This document shows positions 20,969 to 31,745 of a stretch of 64,000 nucleotides of DNA, in pieces. The position numbers and the translations under genes are program-made. Each line of letters begins with the position of its first letter. Within the stretch, counting starts at the first letter, position 1. Below the pieces are notes generated by a model, which did no database searches, was not told where the DNA came from, and saw only the letters and a program-made list of their open reading frames with translations. Source of the stretch: an uncultured virus (IMG/VR IMGVR_UViG_3300018475_001835) (lineage: Duplodnaviria > Heunggongvirae > Uroviricota > Caudoviricetes); the IMG/VR virus record IMGVR_UViG_3300018475_001835; one strand, written 5' to 3'.

Positions 20969-21823
20969 ATGACAAAAACAATTGGATTAGACGCAGGGCA
21001 TGGTTTACATACTGCAGGTAAACAAACACCAAATGGAATCAAAGAATGGATTTTAAATGATAAGGTTAGAGATAAGGTGGTAGAAATGCTCTCAGGGTAT
21101 GATGTGAATATTATTCATACTGATAATGACGAAGGGACTGTAGATGAAGCTCTTAGAACACGTGTTAATATTTATAAAAATATTAAAGTCGATGCATTTG
21201 TTTCAATACATCATAATGCTTATACTAGTAAATGGAATAATGCAACAGGCGTTGAAGTATTTACAGATAAAAATCCTACAAGTAAAGACAATGAACTTGC
21301 AAATTGTATATATAGTAGATTAGTAAAATTTACTGGCCTTAAAGGTAGGGGTATAAAAAGAGAAGCTTTTACTGTAATAAATCAAAATACTATTCCTGCT
21401 GTTTTAGTTGAAGGTGGGTTTATGGATAGTAATATAGATTATAAGGTTATCACTTCAGATTCTGGGCAAACTGCATATGCTAAAGCTGTGGCTGAAGGCT
21501 TAATAGAATTTTTAAATCTAAAAAAGAAAGTAAGTCTTACTAATAAATTATATAGGGTTCGTAAAACTTGGAATAATCCGTCCTCTCAAATAGGAGCATA
21601 TTCTATTTTAGATAATGCTAAGAAAGCTTGTAAGAAAGGATATTCTGTATTTGATGATAATGGAAATATAGTATATTCAAATGCTTTAAAATCAAATGAA
21701 GAAATCGCTAAAGAAGTATTAGCAGGAAAATGGGGTAATGATCCTGATCGTAAAAACAAGCTTAAAGCTGCTGGATATGATCATAAAGCTATTCAAGCCA
21801 TTGTAAATAAATTATATAAATAA
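20969..21823 (+). CDS. N-acetylmuramoyl-L-alanine amidase (Amidase_3) endolysin with CW_7 repeat
   Basis: LDAGHG, E, SIHHNA, PAVLVEGGFM; C-terminal EEIAKEVLAGKWGN..DRK.KL..AGYD...IQ..VN. Confidence 0.9.
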   Translation: MTKTIGLDAGHGLHTAGKQTPNGIKEWILNDKVRDKVVEMLSGYDVNIIHTDNDEGTVDEALRTRVNIYKNIKVDAFVSIHHNAYTSKWNNATGVEVFTDKNPTSKDNELANCIYSRLVKFTGLKGRGIKREAFTVINQNTIPAVLVEGGFMDSNIDYKVITSDSGQTAYAKAVAEGLIEFLNLKKKVSLTNKLYRVRKTWNNPSSQIGAYSILDNAKKACKKGYSVFDDNGNIVYSNALKSNEEIAKEVLAGKWGNDPDRKNKLKAAGYDHKAIQAIVNKLYK

Positions 21824-21835
21824 AGCAAAAAATAT

Positions 21836-21859
21836 AGCAAGGGCAATTAAGCCCTTGCT
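21836..21859. terminator. Bidirectional terminator
   Basis: agcaagggc-aattaa-gcccttgct with A-rich and T-rich flanks between convergent genes. Confidence 0.8.
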
Positions 21860-21872
21860 TATTCTTTTTTAA

Positions 21873-22805
21873 TTAAAATTCATGAAAATCTACATGATCA
21901 CAATTATCACATTCATATCTATATTTTGGTGGATAAGATGTAAGAACCATAGTTAAGTTTTTACGCACATTTCCTCCACATTTAGGGCATTTATATTTTG
22001 GTTCTGAAAATTCAACTTGCATATTTAAATTACTCTTAAATAAGTGAGCATGATTATTTATATATTCTTCTCTATCTGCTAAAGTAGCTTGAGGATAATC
22101 TCCAGTTAATATACAAGTACCTTCTAAATAAGTATCAGATACTGTTAATGAATTAGATATACCTTCAGTTATATTTATAGGTTCTTCTATTTTATCGGTA
22201 CCTGTAATATCTTCATCATTAATAATTTCTTTTAATCTTTCATTTATTTTAATACCGCTATATAAATTAGGTGAAGTTCCAAAATGTACATGTTTATTAT
22301 TAAATACACTAAATGCATAATGCATTAATCTCGCTACAACTCTTAAAGGTACTTTGCCAGTACAAGCTCCAAAAGCTGGTATTACAATTGCTTTAAGATG
22401 GCATGTTTTTGCTTTAGCTAAGCAAGCATACGTACAGTCATAAATTACACGAGGATCAATAATTTCTTCTGGTATTCTCATTGTAGGAGTATGTAAGATT
22501 ACATGTTTACCATAGCATACTGCCATACATGAACCAACAGGTTGATAACCATAATATTTTGCATCTAATATTGTAAATACATTAGTCTGAGTCATTTCTC
22601 CTAAATATTCTATAATAGCTGCATCATATCCTCCGCTCATAACACCATAACTATTTGCAGGAGATACTATACCATCTATATCTTTATGAGTATCCATAAA
22701 ATGCCTAAAATTATCGTTAACAATTTTAAGTTCAAATGTTTCATTAAATACTTTTTTCCATTCAGCCACCATATCAGGATTTTGATCTAATAAATAAATT
22801 TTCAT
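21873..22805 (-). CDS. Macrodomain (ADP-ribose binding/hydrolase) protein with C-terminal Zn ribbon
   Basis: IVSPANSYGVMSGGYDAAI, HTPTM, IVIPAFGACTG; C-terminal CPKC...CDNC. Confidence 0.85.
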   Translation of the reverse strand: MKIYLLDQNPDMVAEWKKVFNETFELKIVNDNFRHFMDTHKDIDGIVSPANSYGVMSGGYDAAIIEYLGEMTQTNVFTILDAKYYGYQPVGSCMAVCYGKHVILHTPTMRIPEEIIDPRVIYDCTYACLAKAKTCHLKAIVIPAFGACTGKVPLRVVARLMHYAFSVFNNKHVHFGTSPNLYSGIKINERLKEIINDEDITGTDKIEEPINITEGISNSLTVSDTYLEGTCILTGDYPQATLADREEYINNHAHLFKSNLNMQVEFSEPKYKCPKCGGNVRKNLTMVLTSYPPKYRYECDNCDHVDFHEF

Positions 22806-22831
22806 GCTAAATTTCCTCTTTTCTTTAATTT

Positions 22832-22843
22832 TATTTAATTGTA
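22832..22843 (-). promoter_or_regulatory. Putative phage promoter, TACA-N6-TA variant
   Basis: Minus strand TACA-attaaa-TA upstream of the macrodomain gene. Confidence 0.45.
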
Positions 22844-22895
22844 AAAGATTACATATTTTTATAAATTAATTAAAGACAGATATTTGAAATAGCCA

Positions 22896-22907
22896 AACAA
22901 TCTAATA
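22896..22907 (+). promoter_or_regulatory. Putative AR9-type late promoter AACA-N6-TA
   Basis: AACA-atctaa-TA immediately before the SD of 22926. Confidence 0.65.
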
Positions 22908-22925
22908 AAAGGAAGGTGATATGAT

Positions 22926-25900
22926 ATGTCAATTAAAGTTCTTTCTAATATAGAACCAAAAAGACCAGATCTATATAAAGTTACTGATGGTGCATATGTT
23001 GGATACGAGAATGCAAAAATGGAAGGTGTAGATAATGTATCAGCTGCAATTGATAATATTTATGGTATTATTACAGCAGAGCCTACAATGGAATATCATG
23101 CAGATTATCCAGAAAAACAATATTGGGCTTTGGATGATACACCAATAATAAATTTTATCTATAAAACAACTATACCTGGTAAATATACTATAAGTGTTAC
23201 TCGTAATGGTATAGCAATACCAATAGCTGATAAACAACGTAGTGGTAGTGGTACAATAAGTATACAGTTACCAAAAGCTACAACTCAAGGTCTATTTGCA
23301 TATGAAGTATCTATTGTAGATGGAATGGGTAATATTAATTCACTTAAATATACATTTATTTATGGTGGAGTTACAATCAGTTCTGATTTTAATAATATTT
23401 TAAATAATAAAGTGTTTACTGTTGGAGATGATTTAACCTTTCCAATTAGTATATCATATGCGGAAGACGGTCAAAGAAATATTTCTTACTTTGTTTACGA
23501 TTCTTCCGGTAAGGAAGTTAAAAAAGGTGTTAAAACTTTAGGCGATAAAGATGTAAATAATGAAACTATAGATACTGAATTTAAATTCACTAAAAAAGAT
23601 TTATATACATTAAAATTAGAAGGTAATGTAAATAACGCATTATATTCAAACAAACTGGAATATTCATTTAATGTATTAAATCCTAATTCTATAGCTGTAA
23701 GCATTACACAATGGCCTAAAAATAATCCAACAACAGATGATGCAATTTCTATAGGATATCGTGTTATTACAAATATAGATGAATTAAAAGACAATAATGA
23801 ATTATGCGCTATATTATCAATTTATAAAATAAATGATGATCTTACAGAAACAAGAATAAAATCGTTAACTACCCCACTTACTTCAGGCGATATTAAAATG
23901 TGGAATATTGGACGTATATCATCTGATGGTAATTATAAATTAAAACTTGAAGGTGGTATAAATGGCGGTAGTATCACAGATGATATTATAGTAGACTCCA
24001 TTCTATACAATTTAAGTATAGGTAAAGGCGGTAGTTCAAACTATTTAAATGATAGCCATTTAATAGCTTATTTTGATGCTAATTAAATGGATAATGCTGA
24101 TAAGGATCCATATATATGGGAATCATCTAAAAATTCTCAATACTATTTTAAATTACATGGATTGAATTATCAAACCAATGGATGGGTAACAGATGAAAAT
24201 GGGCAAAAAATGTTATCATTTACAGGCGATTCATACGGCGAAATGAGATACAAGTATACAGATGATAAAGGTAAATTACAAGATGAAGCATATTGTCCTA
24301 TGAATTATACTAATAACGGAAATACAATAGAAATATTATTCCGTAGTAAATGTATAGGTGAATTAGGCGCAAATGTTTTAACTTGTAGATATGGCAACTC
24401 TACTGCATCTGGCGGATATATTTTAAAATATGATAATGTATCTATTGCTACTGTAGGAGATGAAAATATATCAAGAGTTATTTCAGAAGATCGTTGGACG
24501 CATGTATGTTTTGTAATCGATAATGATATTAGAGCAGAAGTAATAAAAGATAAAGTTAATTTAGAAGATTTAAATACATTTAATAGCATGAAGATATATA
24601 TTGATGGATGCTTATCTGCATGAAACAGCATTGGTGATTGGAAATTTGCTGGTAATAATGATGAATCTTCAGCAAAGCAATTGTTACTCAATGCTGCATA
24701 TACAGGTTTAAATAGTTTTGGTGAATTCGGAACTTGTGATATTAAATTATTAAGAATATACGATAAAGCATTAACCTCTACAGAAGTTCTTGGTAATTAT
24801 ATTAGTAGTATAAGTGATATAGAAAAGAGAGTAGCAATACAAAATAAAAATAATATAGATTATGCTGATGTACCAGTCATTTATTTTATTAGAAATAAAC
24901 AAGGCTATATTGGTGATACTGCTCCAGTAGAAAAAACATTTGCTACTTTAAATACCATTCAAAAGAAAGAAGGTTCTGGCCCTACATCAAAAAACTCATG
25001 GGTTAATTGTACCGTATGGTATAAGTACCATGATGATAGTGGTAACTGGTATACTGAAAAATATGAAGATGTAGATGTATATTTACAGGGTACATCTTCA
25101 TTAAAATATGCTGTTAAAAATTATAAAATTAAATTATATAAAAATTCAACAATAGAAGAAACTGGCGAATATGATGAAAATGGCAATCCTATTATATTAA
25201 AAAAACACGGTGCAAAAAATAAAATAATACCACCTAATAAAGAAAATGATGCAACTTGGATTGTTCCGGATAGTACATATACTCTTAAATGTGATTATAT
25301 GGAGCAATCTCATAAAAATAATACATGTACAGCCATTTTCTATGAAAATCTATTATCTGAAATTGTTAATACTGATGCAGTAAAAAATTATGGTGTTAAT
25401 GATAAATATAGCGTTGCAAAACAACAAAAAACAACTTATTATGATGCTAATGGAGAAGAAATAACTGTAAATAAATTTAGAGATGCTATAAATGGTTTTC
25501 CAGTAATATTATATTATAATGATAATTATATAAATGATAATACAATCGATCTTAATGAAACAGATGATTATGGCGGAAATACACAAGACGTATATGCTGG
25601 AACTTATATGTTTAATGTAGATAAAGAAGGAAAACAATTAGGATTTGAAATAAATAGCGGTAGTAATACACCTTTAAGTTATACTGATGATGATGGGAAT
25701 GAAGTAGTATTAGATGATATTACATATGATATACTTCCATGTGTATCATTTGAAGGTACTACCAATATCGATACAAATGGTGCATGTGGATTTTATGACT
25801 ACGATTTATTATCAGAAGACGATAAAAAGGGATTTTCTGATAAATATGCTTATATAGGTGCGACATTTGAACCTAGATTTACTTATGTCGATGATTTAGA

Positions 25901-28900
25901 GAAAAAACTTGAAAAAAAATATAGAAATGAATTTATGTATGATGCTGAAGGTAATGAAACTAATGAGTATAAAACTTTAGTAGATGAAGTAATTGCTAAA
26001 TTTGTTGAAGAGGGAAAAGAATATACCGAAGATGATTTACAAACCGCTATAGATGATGCAGTAAACAATATCGTAACCCAAATTGTGGATAATATAAAAA
26101 ATCATGTAACTTTTGATAAAATGTACCAAACAATAAAATGGGTTAACGCAAATTGTAATAATGAGAAAAAGTTTAAAAATGAATTTAAAAATTATTTTAG
26201 TTTTACATATTGTTTGGCTTATTATTTACAAATGATGGTATTTGCTCAAATAGACAATGCTGGTAAAAACGCTATGTTTGATACCTGGGGCGGTGTATTT
26301 TATCCACGTCCATATGATATGGATACACAGATGGGATTTAATAATATAGGAGAAGATGTAATTATACCATCTGCAGAAATAAATTGTTATATGACTAAAG
26401 AGGAAATAACTGGTGATTTTAAATTATTTGCCTCTATTATTAGCGGATTGCCAGATGCGGATGGAAATGAATATGATCCAAATAAACATATAAGATTTAA
26501 TTCATATAACACTCTTGTATCTAATTTATGGAATGCATTTGGTACATATTTCCATGAAGAAATAGCCAGTACGTATAAATATTTACGTGAAAAAGGAATA
26601 TATAATGTAGATAATATATGTAGATTAGTAGATAGTTATACCACTGATATAATAGGGGAATCTTTTTATAATAAAGATGCAGTTTCTAAATACATAAATG
26701 TGAATAAATACCTATTTGCTTGTCAGGGAAATAGAAGTAGTAGATATCGTAATTTTCTAGAGCAACGTATTATATTTTTAGATACCGTATATAATTATGC
26801 TAAAAATAATTTAAATACAAATGCTGGTTTCCGTTCTGCTATAGTAAACGTTACAGGCGCTAATACTGGAGTGCTTGGTTTGACTACATATACGCCTCAA
26901 TATGTTAATATACGTGTAGGTGAAGAATGTGAAATAACTGTGTACATAGATCAAGACAGTAAATATAACTTAAATGGTACTGTTTATAACGGCGCTTTAT
27001 TAACATTACCATTTGCAGGCCCTGATATATCTGTTATTATTTCTGGAGCTGGAAATATAAAAACTATTGATCATACTGCAGCATTATACCTCAAATCGTA
27101 CGAAATAGAAAATTGTACAAAATTAAATAATATAGCAATTACAAATTCTTCTATGCTGGAATCTATTAAAACATTATCTAATACTTATTTACGTAGCGTA
27201 AATTTAAGCGGTAATAGAAAATTAGTATCAGCTCTTACTTTGGCAGAATGTAAAAATCTTAAAGAAGTTGATATAAGCAATAGTGCTATATCAAGTATTT
27301 CTTTACCTGAAGGTGCTCCATTATCTTTAATAAATCTTAAAAATAGTAAAATAGGTTCATTAACTCTATCTGGATTACAATTTATTGATAATGATGGTTT
27401 GAATCTTGAAGGATGTAATAATTTAACAACTTTAAAAATTTCAAATTGTCCAAATATAACAGAATTGGATATATCAAGTTTAATAAATCTTCAGGAATTA
27501 GTAATTGATAATATGCCAGGATTAGAGACATTAGATTTATCTTCAAGTAAATTAAATACTTTTAATATTACAAATTGTAATAATTTAAAAGAACTTAAAT
27601 TGGATGCTTGTTCTGGTAATGTGCTTAAAGACTTAAACTTGACTTCTTTGTATAGTTTGGAAAAATTATCTTTAAAAAATGCAACATGTTCTGACGGCAT
27701 ATTTATATCATTGCCGAAGTATATAAAAGAGTATGTTGATATGCCAAAAGACGAACAAGATAATCTAACTGAAGAAGAAAGAAAAGATTATTTATGGGGA
27801 GAGTCTTTAACCTATATAGATGTATCTGGTAGTAGTTTAAAAGAAATCAGATATGGTGGTCTTAAAAATGTAGATGATCCTGTTGCTGATATGACTCAAT
27901 TAACTAATTTAGAACGTACTACATGGGATAATTATAGTAATACGTTCAATAATTGTGGTATGATTCAAAAAATTATTAATTTTAATATTAAAGGTAGTTT
28001 GAGTGAAACATTTAGATATTGTAAGAGCTTAACATATGTTTCAGGTACTGTTGTAGATTGTACGTCTTTGGCTAGTAGCTTTTATGATTGTGAAAATATT
28101 GATGAAATTAATTTAACTTTTACTGATCCAAGACCTACAAATGCAGATAGTATATTTTACGCATGTTTTAATTTACCTGTAAGCTACATGAATTCTATAT
28201 TAGAAAGTAATACCACTATAACAAGTTTAAATAATGCATTTTATAAATGCTATAAAATAACAGGTGGTACAGTAGCTAAAGGCGGAATGCCAAATATAGC
28301 ATGTTTACCAAAATTAAATTCAATGTATGGTGGATTTTTACGTTGCACTAATTTAAAATCAATACCGCAAGGATATCTTAATAATAATACTAAATTAACA
28401 AATCTAACTTATTGTTTTGGGGATTGTACTGCATTAGAATCAGTACCACATTCATTATTTAAAAATTGTACCGATCTTGAAGGATTAAGATCGTGCTTCA
28501 CAGGATGCTCAGCATTATCATCATTTTTTGACAATGCAACTAATACGGAAATTAATCAGGAAGATTATAGTCCATATGATATTTTACCAGCACCTGTATC
28601 AGGCACTAATAAAATAACAAATATATCATTTTTATTTAGCGAATGTAAAAATTTACAATTTCCTACAAACAAAAATGGAACCACTTATTCTTTATATGAT
28701 TTCTTTAAAAATGCTAAAAATTTAACTCTTGCCGAAGGAACATTTATAGGATGCGGAAAGTTAACAGAAATACCAAATGGTGTTTTAAAAGAAAATACTA
28801 AATTAATATCTATTATTGGTATATTTAAAGCCACTGGATTGGAAAGTTTGCCAACCAATTTATTTGGTAATAAAACAGGAACCCATACATCTTTAACAAA

Positions 28901-30752
28901 TGCTTCAGGTATATTTGCTAATTGTTTAAATATGACAGGTATAGCTTATAAATCATTATTTACTGGGGCTGAAAATATAACATCATTAGGATATAATAGA
29001 TCTAGTCAGGCAATAATAGATAGTGCTATGTATTTATATACACTTGGAATATTTGCAAATACTAAAATTAGTGGTTATGCATCTGATTTGTTGAGTGATT
29101 TATCAAGTTTAATAAATGTATCTTGCTTATTTGCTAAGGGTACTTTATCTAATTTTAAAGGTACTAAAGATAACCCACCAACATTTACTCCAAGTTCGAC
29201 TCATAGCAATTCGAATGTACTTAATACTACTTATTTTATATCTGAAGAGAAAACAGTACTAACACGCTGGTCTGATCAATTATTTATAAATAATACCAAT
29301 CTTAAATATGCTGATTATGTATTTGCTGGAAATACTGGAATGATTGGTTTTTGTGATGAAAATGGCAATGATACAAATGATGTACAATTGTTTTCAAAAC
29401 AGGAAAACGATGAAGGTAAGTTTGTAAATAATACTGTAGAAAGTATAAATGGCATGTTCGCAGAGTGTTGTATTGCAAAAGAAGATACAGATGGAGACAT
29501 AACGTATATTGGTTTGCAAACGCCAATCCATAATACTATCTTTAAAGATTTAACTGCACTTGAAGATGCAAAAGATGTATTTATGAATTGCTATGGCTTA
29601 CCAGGTAAGCTTAATGCAGATATATTTGAAAATTGTCTATCTTTAGAAACAACAACAGGTATGTTTTATGGATGTAGTAATTTAGGTATAGATGATGATA
29701 GTAATTCTATATCTATATCAAATAAGATATTTGATTATTGCAGAGATTCATTAATAGATGTATCGTATATGTTTACACAATGTGGTTTTGCTGGTAGAAT
29801 CGGAATAGGAAGTGCTCCAACAAAAGATCCTGAAACTAATGAAATTATATCTTATGATAATAAAGGACTGCTTGCAGAATGTACATCACTGGTATCTGCT
29901 AAGGCCATGTTTGCTTTATGTAAAAATCTTAAAGGGGCTATACCTCAAGATCTATTCTATACTAGAGATCTTACTAGATTATATAGTAGCTTAAATAATA
30001 TATCATACTTATTTAGTGGTTGTTGCGGATTAGGTAGATTTTATGGAGAACCTGCAGTAATAATAGGTGGTAATCCAGCTGTTATATATGAAGATTATAT
30101 CAACAATGATGGTGATGTGGAATATAGACTTATACCAAGTAACTGGTTATCTAAATGCCCTGCTATAGCAGATATATCATATTTATTCTGTAATATAGCT
30201 TCAAATAATAATATACCTCATATAAAAGAATCATCAGGTTTTAAAATAGATGATGATAATTATAGATTGGTACTTGATGAGTCCGTATTTTCAACTCAAA
30301 TTTATATAACAAATGCTAAATTCGCATTTGCTAACATTAAGACATTAACAGGTAGTATTTCTAATGAATTTATGAAATATTGTTTATCTTTATTAAAGGA
30401 TGTTTCATTTATATTTGCAAAAAATATTAATTTAGAATCTGTTGGTGGTACTAGTGATACTGCAGTATTCCAATTATATTCTACATCTGAAGGTACTAAT
30501 AATATTAATACAGCATTAAAAAATATTTCATATGCTTTTTACAGATGCGCAAATTTAACAGGATATGCTCCAGATAAAGATAAATTTAGATTTAATACAT
30601 TTACAGGTATGGTGTATAATTGTCCTAATATAACTAATAAATCTATTTATGAAGGTACACAATACAGCCAAGTACCAGAAGAGTTATGGTCTGATTACTT
30701 TATTAATAGATGTGATACTCATACATGCAATTTTTCAAGAGTATTTAATTAA
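22926..30752 (+). pseudogene. Giant LamG-like + CotH-kinase-like + LRR/BspA-like virion protein; one frame interrupted by two in-frame stops (pseudogene, split gene or read-through)
   Basis: ORFs 22926..24086, 24087..24623 and 24681..30752 share one frame; the only interruptions are TAA 24084-86 and TGA 24621-23. LamG-like motifs (RWTHVCFVI..MKIYIDG / DIKLLRIYDKALT) straddle the TGA. CotH motifs LQGTSS..Y..KNY, LKCDY, INGFP, DNAGKN, PYDMDT; LRRs follow. Confidence 0.75.
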
Positions 30753-30761
30753 TACAATATT

Positions 30762-30793
30762 TATACCCATAGGGATTACTCCCTATGGGTATA
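30762..30793. terminator. Bidirectional terminator
   Basis: tatacccataggga-ttac-tccctatgggtata, 14-bp stem between convergent genes. Confidence 0.85.
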
Positions 30794-30797
30794 CTTT

Positions 30798-31682
30798 TTA
30801 TTTTATTTGAAGGTTTTCAACTAATTCTAAACCAGGATAATCAGATCTATATACAGCGTATGTCAATGTTGTAGTAATATTAGTTGAATTTTCATCAGTT
30901 TTATTTATAATACTAACATCACCTAATTTATCTTTATCTTCTCTATTATCATTAGTTATTTCTTTAATTTTATTATTAGAATAATTAAATGATCCATTTT
31001 TTTTATTATACGATATAGTTATATCTACTACACCTATTAAATTAAAACCAGCTGGAAAATTATCATATATAAATGTAGCTACATCATTTTTATCTTTTAA
31101 AGGGTAACAAAAATAAATATAATTTCCCTCATCAGCATATATTGTCAGTGTCATTTCTCTATTAGGTTTAAGTTGGCTTATTGAATCAGGATTATTAGCA
31201 ATAGGTTTAATAAAAGATTCAAAATTTTCAGCAGTACCATATAATATTCTGCTCATAACATTAATATTTTTATTAGATGTAGTAGTATTATTTTTATTAT
31301 CTTTTATAGTAAGATGACATGTAGTATTATCTCTAATATTAAGTCCATTTGCTTTATAAGTTCCTTGTAAACCTGTAATATCAGGATAATAAGTATTATC
31401 ACCAATTTTAAGCTCTATTTCTTTAGGTTCTCTATTAAATGAATAATTAAACGTAATAGAAGTAATTTGACCGCCCTTTTCTAAGCTAATAGGACTACCA
31501 GTAAATGCTGTAATTTTTGTAGGCTCACGAACCATTTCGCTCATTTCTTCTAATATTTCATCTATTTTTTGTTTTACAGTTATACCTTTTTCTTCATCAT
31601 ACCATACTGCGTTTGCACAAGTTTCAGGATGAATAAATTCACCATCTTTTTTAGCTATTGCAGCTTTTGCGATAATAGCCAT
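30798..31682 (-). CDS. Virion fibre/decoration protein; paralogue of 7868..8704
   Basis: HPETCANAV...TVKQKIDEI (cf. 5853); ITAF..SP..LEKG; YIYFCYP; YAVYRSD. Confidence 0.65.
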   Translation of the reverse strand: MAIIAKAAIAKKDGEFIHPETCANAVWYDEEKGITVKQKIDEILEEMSEMVREPTKITAFTGSPISLEKGGQITSITFNYSFNREPKEIELKIGDNTYYPDITGLQGTYKANGLNIRDNTTCHLTIKDNKNNTTTSNKNINVMSRILYGTAENFESFIKPIANNPDSISQLKPNREMTLTIYADEGNYIYFCYPLKDKNDVATFIYDNFPAGFNLIGVVDITISYNKKNGSFNYSNNKIKEITNDNREDKDKLGDVSIINKTDENSTNITTTLTYAVYRSDYPGLELVENLQIK

Positions 31683-31708
31683 AGTTATATCACCTCATAA
31701 TTTATATT

Positions 31709-31737
31709 TTCCAGGAGAGATTTATTCTCTCCTGGAA
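31709..31737 (-). terminator. Hairpin after the RNAP gene
   Basis: ttccaggagaga-tttat-tctctcctggaa, 12-bp stem. Confidence 0.65.
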
Positions 31738-31745
31738 TAGTATAT

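Noticed and set aside
24621..24655. Selenocysteine UGA with SECIS (cagca...tgctg after the TGA)
   Set aside because: Only a weak 5-bp stem, the context is not a redox motif, and it would not explain the upstream TAA.
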